In this document: positions 21,266-31,187 of the stretch, piece by piece
Position numbering within the stretch: position 1 is the stretch's first letter
Layout: the number at the start of each line of letters is the position of its first letter
Origin: Candidatus Puniceispirillales bacterium
GTDB lineage: Bacteria > Pseudomonadota > Alphaproteobacteria > Puniceispirillales > GCA-002684695
DNA: 64,000 nucleotides
Direction of reading: 5' to 3'
Assembly: GCA_045565515.1 (NCBI GenBank)
Contig: JBJLFF010000019.1
Span: 46,960 to 110,959, forward strand
Position numbers and translations under genes: made by a program
Notes under the pieces: generated by a model
Told to the model about the DNA's origin: nothing
The model's database searches: none
What the model saw: the letters and a program-made list of their open reading frames with translations, nothing else

Positions 21266-23056
21266 CTAATAAACTCTTGCTACAGGTGCAATACTTTGCA
21301 CCTCATTGGTTAATGTTGATAATTTTACGTCTCTGTATCCCAGTTTAGACTTATTCTTCTCATCAAGCCACATGACTGTATGCTTCATCCAGTTTTTATC
21401 ATCACGTTCTGGATAATCTTCATGCGCATGTGCGCCTCTCGATTCCTGTCTCTCATTGGCAGAGCGTATTGTCACCAGTGCCTGACCCAACAGATTATCA
21501 AGCTCTAACGTTTCAACCAGATCTGTATTCCAAATCAGCGATGTATCCTGCAGACGAACATTTTGCATATCCATTGCAATATCACCTAACTTCCTCACAC
21601 CTTCATCAAGTACTTCTGTGTTACGGAACACAGCAGCATGTCTTTGCATAGCCTTTTGCATATCCAGTCTTAACTCAGCTGTTGAGACATCACCTTTTGA
21701 ATGACGGATACGATTAAAACGGTCTAATATTTTTTGTGTAGCTGATTCGGCTAGAGGCGGTAGAGACTCACCCGGCTTCATTGTCTCTGAAGCACGCTGT
21801 GCAGCAGCACGTCCAAATACAACAATATCTAATAAAGAGTTTGTTCCCAAACGGTTGGCTCCATGGACAGACACACAAGCAGCTTCTCCAATTGCCATCA
21901 GACCAGGTGCTGTACGGTCAGGATCTTTAGCTGTTGGTGACAGAACCTCACCATGGTAATTGGTTGGAATACCTCCCATGTTATAATGTACTGTTGGAAG
22001 CACTGGAATCGGTGCCCGTGTCACATCCACACCACAGAAGATCTTTGCTGTCTCTGTAATGCCTGGTAATTGCTTATGCAATGTCTCTGGATCGATATGT
22101 TCAAGATGAAGCATGATATGATCATTATCATTACCGACACCACGTCCTTCGTTGATCTCAACTGTCATGGCACGACTGACAACATCTCGGCTTGCAAGGT
22201 CTTTGGCTGTTGGAGCATAACGCTCCATAAAGCGCTCACCTTCTGAGTTGGTTAGATACCCTCCTTCACCTCTGGCACCTTCTGTAATTAGAACACCCGC
22301 ACCATAGACACCTGTTGGATGGAACTGGACAAACTCCATATCCTGAAGAGGCAGACCTGCCCTTAATACCATGGCATTACCATCACCTGTACAGGTATGT
22401 GCTGATGTACATGAGAAGTAAACACGGCCATAACCACCTGTTGCTAAAACAGTCTTCTGGGCACGAAAGCGGTGAAGGGTACCATCTTCCATACATAAAG
22501 CCAGGACACCGCAGCATCTGCCTTCATCATCCATGAGTAGATCAAGGGCAAAATACTCGATAAAAAACTCTGCCTTATACTTCAGGCACTGCTGATACAA
22601 CGTATGAAGGATGGCATGACCTGTCCTGTCTGCCGCAGCGCACCCACGTCGCGCCATAGCCTTGCCCTGTTCGAGGGTATGGCCACCAAATGGTCTTTGA
22701 TAGATCTTGCCTTCTTCTGTCCTTGAGAAAGGCACACCATAATGTTCAAGCTCGATCACTGATGGAATGGCATTCTTGCACATATACTCAATTGCATCCT
22801 GATCACCCAGCCAGTCAGATCCCTTGACCGTATCATACATATGATACTGCCAACTATCATTATCTCCCATATTGCCTAATGCAGCACTAATACCGCCCTG
22901 AGCAGCAACAGTATGTGATCGTGTTGGAAAGACTTTAGTGATGCAGGCTGTCTTAAAGCCTTCTGCTGTCATGCCTAACGTTGCACGAAGACCGGCACCA
23001 CCTGCACCCACAACCAAAACATCATACTCGTGATCTGTTATAGGATAACTCGTCAT
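21266..23056 (-). CDS. sdhA: succinate dehydrogenase flavoprotein subunit
   Basis: 596 aa. [11 protein letters not shown] dinucleotide fold and covalent-FAD histidine block [10 protein letters not shown]. Followed by sdhB. Composition is anomalous (see findings). Confidence 0.95.
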   Translation of the reverse strand: MTSYPITDHEYDVLVVGAGGAGLRATLGMTAEGFKTACITKVFPTRSHTVAAQGGISAALGNMGDNDSWQYHMYDTVKGSDWLGDQDAIEYMCKNAIPSVIELEHYGVPFSRTEEGKIYQRPFGGHTLEQGKAMARRGCAAADRTGHAILHTLYQQCLKYKAEFFIEYFALDLLMDDEGRCCGVLALCMEDGTLHRFRAQKTVLATGGYGRVYFSCTSAHTCTGDGNAMVLRAGLPLQDMEFVQFHPTGVYGAGVLITEGARGEGGYLTNSEGERFMERYAPTAKDLASRDVVSRAMTVEINEGRGVGNDNDHIMLHLEHIDPETLHKQLPGITETAKIFCGVDVTRAPIPVLPTVHYNMGGIPTNYHGEVLSPTAKDPDRTAPGLMAIGEAACVSVHGANRLGTNSLLDIVVFGRAAAQRASETMKPGESLPPLAESATQKILDRFNRIRHSKGDVSTAELRLDMQKAMQRHAAVFRNTEVLDEGVRKLGDIAMDMQNVRLQDTSLIWNTDLVETLELDNLLGQALVTIRSANERQESRGAHAHEDYPERDDKNWMKHTVMWLDEKNKSKLGYRDVKLSTLTNEVQSIAPVARVY

Positions 23057-23178
23057 AAAGAACTCTAAAATTTGATTTAATTATATATAATATAAATATT
23101 ACAATACAAAATAACAAAAATATGTTTATTTTTTTTATATATGGTTTAATTAAAGTTCATTTGGGTAGGAAAAATTAT

Positions 23179-24219
23179 ATGAAATTTCAGCTAGCGGTAA
23201 ATCTTGAACGACAATCTTCTCACCAAGATATGAAGACTGTCGCAGATCATACTTTAGAAATGGTTAAAAAAGCTGATAAAGGTGGTTTTAATATTGTTTG
23301 GTCTGCAGAACATCATGCATTAGAAATGACCATAGCACCTGACCCATTTCAACTTCTTACATGGTGGGCGACACACACTGAAAAAATTAGATTAGGAACA
23401 GCTGTTGCTGCAGCTCCATATTGGCACCCTATAAAATTAGCTGGTGAAGCTGCTATGACAGATTTAATTTCTAATGGCAGGTTAGAATTTGGAATAGGCT
23501 CTGGGGCATATCAAAGAGAGTTTGATCGTATGTTTCCAGGTTTGAAACAATCAGATGCATGGAAATTCATGCAAGAGTCACTGCCAGCAATTAAAGCATT
23601 GTGGAAAGGCGACTATGAACATAAGGGAGAGTTTTGGTCATTTCCAATGTCAACCTCTGTTCCTAAACCAATTCAAGATCCTCATCCACCAATATGGGTT
23701 GCAGCTAGAGCTCCTATTACATATGATTTTGCTGTTGAACATGAATGTAATATAATGTCTTGGCCTCTTACAAGACCAATGTCTGAAGCAGAGCTATATA
23801 AATCCAGACTAGATGAGGCGATGAAAAAGTTTCCAAATAAACCTAAGCCAATATTTTCTATGATGAGACATACAGCTGTTTATGAAAATAAACAAGATTG
23901 GGAAATTCCTGTAAAGGCCCTAACAAAAGTCCTTGGGCAATTTGAAAATTTATTTAAAAATCTTGGTGATGTAGAAAATGGCTTTACAAAAGTTATACCT
24001 TTAAATGAATTAGAAGATAGAGAACAATACAACCCAAAAATGTTAGATGAAAATTTGATGTTTGGTACCCCAGAAGAAATTATAAAAAAATTAAAGTTAT
24101 ATGAAAAATTGGGTGTTGATGAATTTATATATTATGCAACATTTGGTTTGGGGCATGAAGAACAACAAAAATCGATAGATTTATTTATCTCCGAAGTAAT
24201 GCCAGAGTTTCTGAATTAA
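23179..24219 (+). CDS. luciferase-like (LLM class) flavin-dependent oxidoreductase
   Basis: Starts MKFQLAVNLE. Contains the FNIVWSAEHHALE block typical of LLM enzymes. The track start at 23122 adds a hydrophobic 19-aa extension with no family precedent. I prefer the ATG at 23179, which has an AGGA upstream. Confidence 0.8.
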   Translation: MKFQLAVNLERQSSHQDMKTVADHTLEMVKKADKGGFNIVWSAEHHALEMTIAPDPFQLLTWWATHTEKIRLGTAVAAAPYWHPIKLAGEAAMTDLISNGRLEFGIGSGAYQREFDRMFPGLKQSDAWKFMQESLPAIKALWKGDYEHKGEFWSFPMSTSVPKPIQDPHPPIWVAARAPITYDFAVEHECNIMSWPLTRPMSEAELYKSRLDEAMKKFPNKPKPIFSMMRHTAVYENKQDWEIPVKALTKVLGQFENLFKNLGDVENGFTKVIPLNELEDREQYNPKMLDENLMFGTPEEIIKKLKLYEKLGVDEFIYYATFGLGHEEQQKSIDLFISEVMPEFLN

Positions 24220-24239
24220 ATAATTAGAGTATTAATGAT

Positions 24240-25400
24240 ATGCTGATGACACAAAATCATGAACAAGAATTATTAGAAAAAACAGTAAAAAGATTCGTAG
24301 AGGAAGAATTATACCCACACGAAGAAACTGTTGATACAAATGGCGAAGTCCCTATTGATCTTGGTAGGCAAATAGAAAAAAGATCAAAAGAAGTAGGACT
24401 TTTTGCTGCTAACTTGCCATCTAATGTTGGCGGCGGTGGATTAGATTATGAAAGCATGCATCTAATTGAACGTGAATATGGTAAAACAAGTCATGCCCTC
24501 CATGCATGGGCAGCCAGACCAACCGAAATTCTATTAGCGTGTGAAGATGACCAAATAAAAAACTATTTAGACCCCTGTGTTACTGGTGAGAAAAGAGAGT
24601 TATTTGCTTTAACAGAACCAGAAGCAGGTTCTGACATAATGTCCATGAAAAGTAATGCTAGAAAAGATGGAGACGACTGGATCCTGAATGGGTCAAAGCA
24701 CTTCATATCTGGTCCTGTAATGCCAGATTTTGCAATAGTATTCGCTTCTACTGGAGAAGATGAAACACCTAGAGGTAAAAGGAAAAGAATTACTGCATTT
24801 TTAGTTGATGTTGGTGAAAAAGGATTTGAAATAGGAGTTGGATCAAAGTGTGTTAGTTACAGGGGGCACCATGCATTCAGATTAAATTTTTCAGACGTTC
24901 GTTTAGGTCCTAATCAAATTTTAGGGGAAGAAGGAAAAGGACTAGAGCTATCTGGCAAGTGGCTTGGAATGGGAAGGATTTGGGTTGGAGCTTCATGTTG
25001 TGGCAAAGCAGAAAGATTGTTTGAGTTAGCAAAGGATTGGGCTGCATCAAGAAAGCAATTTGGTCAACCAATTGGTAAGTTCCAAGCAACAGGATTTAAA
25101 TTAGCAGACATCGCTATAGAATTAAGAGCGGCAGATCTTTTAGTGAAAGATGCAGTGAAAAGAGCAAACGAAGGACAAATGTCCGATGCAGATGCCGCTA
25201 TGGTAAAAGTTTTTTGTTCTGAAATGCTTAATAAAGCTGCTGATAGTACTGTTCAGCTTTATGGTGGAATGGGCTTAATGGAAGAATTACCAATTCAAAG
25301 ACTATGGAGAGATTCTCGACTTGAAAGAATATGGGACGGAACCTCTGAAATACAAAGGCATATTATCACACGGTCTATTTTAAGACCCTTAGGTGCATGA
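24240..25400 (+). CDS. acyl-CoA dehydrogenase family protein
   Basis: 386 aa. LTEPEAGSD block and C-terminal IWDGTSEIQRHII (catalytic Glu region). Confidence 0.88.
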   Translation: MLMTQNHEQELLEKTVKRFVEEELYPHEETVDTNGEVPIDLGRQIEKRSKEVGLFAANLPSNVGGGGLDYESMHLIEREYGKTSHALHAWAARPTEILLACEDDQIKNYLDPCVTGEKRELFALTEPEAGSDIMSMKSNARKDGDDWILNGSKHFISGPVMPDFAIVFASTGEDETPRGKRKRITAFLVDVGEKGFEIGVGSKCVSYRGHHAFRLNFSDVRLGPNQILGEEGKGLELSGKWLGMGRIWVGASCCGKAERLFELAKDWAASRKQFGQPIGKFQATGFKLADIAIELRAADLLVKDAVKRANEGQMSDADAAMVKVFCSEMLNKAADSTVQLYGGMGLMEELPIQRLWRDSRLERIWDGTSEIQRHIITRSILRPLGA

Positions 25401-27499
25401 GAACCAATCAACTAAACAACCTTAACAGACTATTTAATCCAAAGAATATAGCAGTTTTTGGCGGTAACGATGCTGAAATAGTTATTTCTCAATGTAAAAA
25501 AATGGGGTTTAAAGGTGAAATTTGGCCTGTAAATCCAAAAAGGGATTTAATTAATGGAATTAAATGTTTCTCTTCTGTAAATGACCTTCCAAAAGGACCC
25601 GATGCTTCATTTATAGCAGTTCCAAGACAACCAGCAATTGAAATAGTTAAACAATTAAATGAAATGAATTCTGGCGGTGGTGTATGCTATACAGCTGGAT
25701 TTAGAGAGGTTGGAGAAGAAGGCTCAAAGCTTGAAAAAGAACTTTTAGACAATGTTGGTGACTTTGCATTAATTGGCCCAAATTGTTATGGAATGATAAA
25801 TTATGTTAATAAAATAGCTCTTTGGCCTTTTGACCACGGAGGTAATTTCCCAGGTTTTGGTGCAGCAGTTATTACTCAAAGTGGAATGCTTTCAAATGAC
25901 CTTTCCACTAGTCGTAGATCAATGCCTTTTGCATATATGGTGTCAGCTGGAAACCAGTCTGTTTTATCAATAGAAGACTATGTAGATTTTTTTTCTCAAA
26001 AAGAAGAAGTTAAAGCCATTGGTCTTCATATAGAAGGCCTCCAAGACATAGAAAAATTTCAAAGAGGCTGCTTAAAGGCATTAGAAAGAAAAGTACCCAT
26101 CGTCGCAATTAAAACTGGTTCATCAACCATAGGTAATAATCTTGTAAGCAGTCATACCGGATCGCTATCAGGGACAGATGAAATATATAACTCATTATTT
26201 GATCATTTAGGTATAATAAGAGTAACAAACCCACATGAATTTTTGGAAACGCTAAAGTTTTTATGTATTTCTGGTCCAGTTTCTGGAAAAAGAGTTGCTG
26301 CATTTACTTGCTCTGGTGGAGGCGCCACAATGCTTGCAGATTATGCTGAAAAAATTAATTTAGAATTTAATCAACCATCAAAAAAAGTAGATTGTGAACT
26401 AAAAAAATTACTTCCTTTAACAGCTACCGTTTCTAATCCTTTAGATTATACTACACCAATATGGGGGCAGCCTGAGAAAACAGGCCCTGTTTTTAACACG
26501 TTTTTTAAAGATAAATATGATTGTGCCATTTTAGTCCAAGATTATTTACCACCAGGAATTAATGAGCTTAATAAGTATTATTTATATGATGCAAAAGCTT
26601 TTTTTGAAGCTTCTCAAAAACTTAAATTACCTTCTATAATTTGTAGTACTGTCCCAGAAAATAATGATCCAGAAATATCTGATTTTTTTGTTAGCAATAA
26701 GGTTACTCCATTACAAGGATTAGAGGAAGCACTGAATGCTGTGAAACGAAGTTACAAATTTAATCAACGATATAAAGATTACCTTGATGGCAAAGTCTTT
26801 GTTAAAAAATCTATCACAAATTCTTTAAAAAATCCTTTGATGCTAAATGAAATTGAGTCGAAATCAATTCTTAAAAAAATTGGTTTGAGAATACCAAGTT
26901 TTTTGAACGGGAAAAATTATTTAAATGCAAATAATTCTAATGATCAAAACTTTAAATTAAATTTTCCAGTTTGCGCAAAAATGGTTAGTAATGATGTTGA
27001 ACATAAAACTGATATAGGTGCAATACAGTTAAATATTAATAGTTTAAATGAACTTAATTTAGCTCTTAAAAAAATAGAAATTAACGTCAAAAATGCTAAA
27101 ATAAGTTTTACAGATGATTTTCTTGTCGAAGAAATGCAGCCTAGTCCACTAGGAGAGCTTTTAGTTGGTATATTTTATGACCAACAATTTGGATATGTAA
27201 TGACGATAGCTTCTGGTGGTATACTAGCTAACCTATTGGAGGATTCGATTTCTATTTTACTTCCAGCATCTTCAGATGAAATAGATAGTTCTTTAAAAAA
27301 ATTAAAAATTAATAAGTTATTTTCTGGTTACCGAGGGAAAAAAGAAATTAATAGGAAATTACTTTTAAAAAACTTAAAAAAACTTTCTGATTTTGTAATT
27401 GACCCAAATAATAAAATTCAACAATTAGAAATAAACCCGTTATTTGTTTTTGAAGAAAACAATGTAGCTGTTGATGCCATTATTTGGAAATCTAAATGA
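25397..27499 (+). CDS. ADP-forming acyl-CoA synthetase (fused alpha/beta, acetate--CoA ligase family)
   Basis: 700 aa. CoA-binding start NPKNIAVFGGND, SucD-like IGPNCYG, phosphohistidine block SSHTGSLSG and a C-terminal ATP-grasp half. ATGA overlaps on both sides. Confidence 0.85.
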   Translation: MRTNQLNNLNRLFNPKNIAVFGGNDAEIVISQCKKMGFKGEIWPVNPKRDLINGIKCFSSVNDLPKGPDASFIAVPRQPAIEIVKQLNEMNSGGGVCYTAGFREVGEEGSKLEKELLDNVGDFALIGPNCYGMINYVNKIALWPFDHGGNFPGFGAAVITQSGMLSNDLSTSRRSMPFAYMVSAGNQSVLSIEDYVDFFSQKEEVKAIGLHIEGLQDIEKFQRGCLKALERKVPIVAIKTGSSTIGNNLVSSHTGSLSGTDEIYNSLFDHLGIIRVTNPHEFLETLKFLCISGPVSGKRVAAFTCSGGGATMLADYAEKINLEFNQPSKKVDCELKKLLPLTATVSNPLDYTTPIWGQPEKTGPVFNTFFKDKYDCAILVQDYLPPGINELNKYYLYDAKAFFEASQKLKLPSIICSTVPENNDPEISDFFVSNKVTPLQGLEEALNAVKRSYKFNQRYKDYLDGKVFVKKSITNSLKNPLMLNEIESKSILKKIGLRIPSFLNGKNYLNANNSNDQNFKLNFPVCAKMVSNDVEHKTDIGAIQLNINSLNELNLALKKIEINVKNAKISFTDDFLVEEMQPSPLGELLVGIFYDQQFGYVMTIASGGILANLLEDSISILLPASSDEIDSSLKKLKINKLFSGYRGKKEINRKLLLKNLKKLSDFVIDPNNKIQQLEINPLFVFEENNVAVDAIIWKSK

Positions 27500-28902
27500 C
27501 CTTAATTCACCGTCTATTTCTATTCATTATTTTTATATTATTTCCGGTCATTTCTTTTGCGCATGTTTCAGAAAGAGCTTTAATTCTTTTACTTCCAACA
27601 GAATTTTATATTCCAGCTGGTATTTCAGTTTTAATACTCACGATTTTAATAGCTTATTTAACTCCAGTCTCATTCATAACATCTCTTTTCAAATCTCATG
27701 AATTGAAAATTAATTTTAATAAATATATTTCTATAAACCAACTTGAAAATTTGAAAATTTTTACGAGCTGTGTAAGTTTTTTATTTTTGATAATTTTAAT
27801 AATTTTTGGGTTTATAGGCTCCAGAGACCCACTAGCAAATCCTTTATCCCTATTTATTTGGTCAGTTTGGTTTATGGTAATGCCTGTAATTCAGATTCTG
27901 TTAGGTAACGCTTGGGCATTTTTAAATCCTTGGTATGGAATAGGAAAATTATTTTTTAAAGATAAGAAAGTCTATAAATTAAATAGTAATTACTCGCTTA
28001 TATTTTCGTCAGCAGGATTTTTACTTTTTTCAATGTTTATGTTAGTGGACATTGCTCCTGATGACCCTGACAGGCTTGCAAATATTGTAACTCTATACTT
28101 TTTAATAAATCTTTTGTTTGTAAAGATTTTTGGTGTCAATTGGCTTGAAAAGGGTGAATGTTTTACCGCATTTTATGGATTACTGTCTAAATTGTCATGG
28201 ATTTGGATAATGGAAGGCAAAATTCATATTGGTTTTTTTGGTTCTCAACTTAAAAAAATTAAAACGTTTCCTTCTTTGTCTGTTTTGTTTTTATCAATAA
28301 TTTTAGCAACATTATCTTTTGATGGATTAAATGAAACATTTCTTTGGTTCAAGGTAATTGATGTAAACCCTTTAGAGTTTCACGGAAGATCATCAGTTAT
28401 TATTGAGAACTCCTTTGGTTTAATTTTTTTTGCGGTAATGTTATTTTTTATATTTTCAATAACTATATTTTTAGGTCATAAATTTATAAATGAAAGAGTA
28501 CCTTTTAAAGAAATCATAGGCATCAACTCCATTGCACTTCTACCGATCGCTCTTGCTTATCATATAGCTCATTATTTGACATCATTTTTGGTAAACATAC
28601 AATATTCATATAAAGTAGCTTCTGACCCTCTAAACAATGGCAAAGACTTTTTTAATATAGGTGATTTTAATGTTACCACTAGTTTTTTTAATACTATTGA
28701 AACAGTTAAACTAATTTGGTTTATTCAAGCATCAGCAATTGTCATAGGGCATGTCATAGCTGTTTTGTTGGCTCATTCAATTTGTGAGGGATATCTAAAA
28801 AAGAAATCGTCTATATTAATCAGTCAATTCCCAATTAGTATATTTATGATTTGTTATACTTTTCTTGGATTATGGATACTATCAACGCCAACAGTCGGAT
28901 AA
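27496..28902 (+). CDS. polytopic membrane protein of unknown function
   Basis: 468 aa with roughly 10-12 hydrophobic segments. N-terminal signal-like segment ends VISFA/HVSE. Paired His residues sit in late helices (AYHIAHYL, IGHVIAVLLAH). Translationally coupled (ATGA) to the synthetase gene. Confidence 0.7.
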   Translation: MTLIHRLFLFIIFILFPVISFAHVSERALILLLPTEFYIPAGISVLILTILIAYLTPVSFITSLFKSHELKINFNKYISINQLENLKIFTSCVSFLFLIILIIFGFIGSRDPLANPLSLFIWSVWFMVMPVIQILLGNAWAFLNPWYGIGKLFFKDKKVYKLNSNYSLIFSSAGFLLFSMFMLVDIAPDDPDRLANIVTLYFLINLLFVKIFGVNWLEKGECFTAFYGLLSKLSWIWIMEGKIHIGFFGSQLKKIKTFPSLSVLFLSIILATLSFDGLNETFLWFKVIDVNPLEFHGRSSVIIENSFGLIFFAVMLFFIFSITIFLGHKFINERVPFKEIIGINSIALLPIALAYHIAHYLTSFLVNIQYSYKVASDPLNNGKDFFNIGDFNVTTSFFNTIETVKLIWFIQASAIVIGHVIAVLLAHSICEGYLKKKSSILISQFPISIFMICYTFLGLWILSTPTVG

Positions 28903-28997
28903 ATTGGAATATCTATTATAACTAGACATTAGAGCAAATTTGAATCTATAGTTATTAATATAACTGATAATCGTAATTTTAATTATGGGGCAGGTAA

Positions 28998-30284
28998 ATG
29001 AAAAAAATAATAAAAAATAATATTTCTAGAAGAAAATTAATGAAAGGTGTAGCAGCTGCAGGAAGTGTAGCAGCAATGCCTGGATTTGTAAGATACAGTC
29101 AAGCGGCAAGTTCAGAGCCGATTAAGATTGGATTTCAAGTTCACAGAACTGGGATTGGAGCTGCCTACGGAAGGTGGTATGATAGAACAACTCAAGCTGC
29201 TGTAAAAGTTATTAATGATGCAGGCGGCATTAATGGCCGACCAGTTGAAGTTGTTGCTGAAGATGATGGAACTGATCCAAAAAGAGGCGCAGAAGCGCTT
29301 GAAAAATTTGCAAACCAGCATAGCTGTGATGTTGCGTTTGGAACTCTTTTTTCTCATGTTGTAATCGGTTCTGCGCCTAGAGCAGGGGAATTAAAGCTTC
29401 CATATTTTGTTGTATCTGAAGGGCACCATGTAGCTTCAGGCATGCTTAATAGATATACATTACAACCTGGCATTACTGATGTTAAAAGCCAAGTTCAAGC
29501 AATGGCTCCTTTTGTAAAAGAAAATTTAGGTAAGAAAGTTACTATGGTATACCCAGACTTTGCTTTTGGTCATGATCATAGAGATTATTTTTCAGCTGCT
29601 TTTGAGGCTCAAGGTGGGCAAATCATTGCCAAAGTTCCAATTCCACCAACAGAATCTAGTTTTTCAAAATATTTCCCTAAAATTCCAAGAGATACAGAAG
29701 TATTATATCACGTGATGGTTGGGCCAGCTGTTTTAACTTTTGTTAAAGAGCTTGGTGAATTCTATGGATCAAAAAGTCCAAAACTATTTGGATTTATTGA
29801 TAGCGTTGAAGCTGTAGATTTAAGCACTCCAGGACTAGAGTTCCTAGATGGCAGTTATTTTTGGGAAGGAAATCCAAGGTACGCTCAGGCAAACCAAAGT
29901 GATCATGATAAATTTTACAGAGCAGCTATTGGCGTAGATGCTAATGGTGCCTCTGCATCTGACCCTAAAGATGTTTCAACGTATGCTCATATGTTTGGAT
30001 GCTGGGAAACACTCCATATTATTAAAAAAGGTATGGAGGAATCAGGTTACTCTGGAGTTGGTGACAGGGCTAAATTAATTGAAGCTGTTGAAAGTATGAG
30101 TGATATGCCATTATCTCAGGCTCACCCTCAGGGAGCTAAAATATTTAATGGTAAAACTCACCAAACATTTGGTCATCAATATATAACTAAAATGACTAAT
30201 GGAAAGTTAGTTCTAGCGCATACGACATCAATTGAGGATACCTTCTATCCTGATGAAGTTGATTACACTAAACAATCATTTTAG
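28998..30284 (+). CDS. ABC transporter substrate-binding protein (Leu/Ile/Val-binding, type-1 PBP family) with Tat-like signal
   Basis: 428 aa. N-terminus NISRRKLMKGVAAAGSVAAMPG matches the twin-arginine pattern. IKIGFQVHRTGIGAAYG is typical of LivK-like SBPs. Followed by livHMGF. Confidence 0.85.
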   Translation: MKKIIKNNISRRKLMKGVAAAGSVAAMPGFVRYSQAASSEPIKIGFQVHRTGIGAAYGRWYDRTTQAAVKVINDAGGINGRPVEVVAEDDGTDPKRGAEALEKFANQHSCDVAFGTLFSHVVIGSAPRAGELKLPYFVVSEGHHVASGMLNRYTLQPGITDVKSQVQAMAPFVKENLGKKVTMVYPDFAFGHDHRDYFSAAFEAQGGQIIAKVPIPPTESSFSKYFPKIPRDTEVLYHVMVGPAVLTFVKELGEFYGSKSPKLFGFIDSVEAVDLSTPGLEFLDGSYFWEGNPRYAQANQSDHDKFYRAAIGVDANGASASDPKDVSTYAHMFGCWETLHIIKKGMEESGYSGVGDRAKLIEAVESMSDMPLSQAHPQGAKIFNGKTHQTFGHQYITKMTNGKLVLAHTTSIEDTFYPDEVDYTKQSF

Positions 30285-30305
30285 TTTAAATTGACTTAAA
30301 ACAAC

Positions 30306-31187
30306 ATGGATTTAGGGCCTTATCTACTTTTTGCTTCATTAGAAGGCCTTGTCCATGCAGCTGTACTATCTCTCATTGCTCTGGGATTAAGTTTAGTATT
30401 TGGAGTAATGAGAATAGTAAATGTTGCACATGGTGAGTTTTTTATGCTTGGCGCTATACTGGCGTGGTGGGTATCAAGCTTTGCTTTAGGAAATCCAGCA
30501 ATAGGTTTTTTATTAGCATTATTAATAGCTCCTTTGATTGCTGGTATTATTGCAATGTTTTCAGACTGGTTGATTTTGAAACGTTTAAAATACGATCCTG
30601 AAGCTACAATTATAGCAACAATTGGAATTTTATATATTATTCAACAAGCTGCTTTAATGACTTTTGGACCTGATGCAAGACCAGTTGAACAACCATTTAA
30701 TATAAGATTAGATCTGTATTGGTTTGGATTTTCGGCATATAAGTTTTTTGTTATTTTTGCTGCCATAGTTCTGTTATTAGGTGTTTGGCTGGTTATGGCT
30801 AAAACTAAGTTTGGTCTTCTTTTAAGAGCTACGCAATTAGACAGTGAAACAGCTCAAGCTTTTGGAATACCTATTTCAACTGTATATAGCCTTGTTTTTG
30901 GTGCTGGTGCGGCTATAGCTGCAGTTGGTGCTGTTCTCATAGTTCCAATTCAGCAAGCGCATTATTTAATGGGAGGAGAACCATTACTTCTAGCCTTTAT
31001 TGTAGTTATTATCGGTGGCTTAGGAAGCCTAAGAGGAACTGTTGCTGCTGCTGTTCTTATAGGTATGAGTGATGGTATAATATCAGTTTTTTTCTCTCCA
31101 AATTTAGCAAAAATATTAGCAACTTTATTAGTTGTATTTGTTTTATTAATAAAGCCTAACGGATTATTTGGAACAGCTAAAGCATGA
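30306..31187 (+). CDS. livH: branched-chain amino acid-type ABC permease
   Basis: 293-aa hydrophobic protein. LSLVFGVMRIVNVAHGEFFMLGA is typical of the LivH family. Confidence 0.88.
   Translation: MDLGPYLLFASLEGLVHAAVLSLIALGLSLVFGVMRIVNVAHGEFFMLGAILAWWVSSFALGNPAIGFLLALLIAPLIAGIIAMFSDWLILKRLKYDPEATIIATIGILYIIQQAALMTFGPDARPVEQPFNIRLDLYWFGFSAYKFFVIFAAIVLLLGVWLVMAKTKFGLLLRATQLDSETAQAFGIPISTVYSLVFGAGAAIAAVGAVLIVPIQQAHYLMGGEPLLLAFIVVIIGGLGSLRGTVAAAVLIGMSDGIISVFFSPNLAKILATLLVVFVLLIKPNGLFGTAKA

Noticed and set aside
20595-22536. Plus-strand ORFs 20595-20789, 21430-21651 and 22315-22536 inside sdhB/sdhA
   Set aside because: They are antisense to sdhAB. Long open antisense frames are expected in sdhA because its higher G+C depletes stop codons, so these are a by-product of the compositional anomaly and not genes.
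23122-23178. N-terminal extension of the LLM gene from the track start at 23122, and similar extended starts at 52246 (LysR), 36697 (RidA), 63618 (nitrilase) and 54201 (DmpA)
   Set aside because: The extensions start at TTG or GTG, or add residues not seen at family N-termini. Downstream ATGs give canonical N-termini and, for DmpA, an ATGA overlap.
23555-23755. Plus-strand ORF (66 aa) in an alternative frame inside the LLM oxidoreductase gene
   Set aside because: It lies wholly within the LLM frame, which carries the FNIVWSAEHHALE family block. The alternative-frame product has no recognisable motif.
26109-26303. Minus-strand ORF (64 aa) inside the ADP-forming acyl-CoA synthetase gene
   Set aside because: It is antisense to a 700-aa frame with CoA-binding, phosphohistidine and ATP-grasp motifs. 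The product is low-complexity.
27471-27701. Plus-strand ORF overlapping the start of the membrane-protein gene in another frame
   Set aside because: The 468-aa frame starting with the ATGA overlap at 27496 is far longer and consistently hydrophobic and helical. The 76-aa alternative is a frame artefact.
28998-30284. Moderately elevated G+C (about 40% by eye) in the LIV-type SBP gene, and similarly in the SBP at 59864-61348
   Set aside because: The shift is mild and codons still favour A/T endings. It fits the amino-acid composition and high expression of binding proteins. It is not comparable to the sdhA anomaly.
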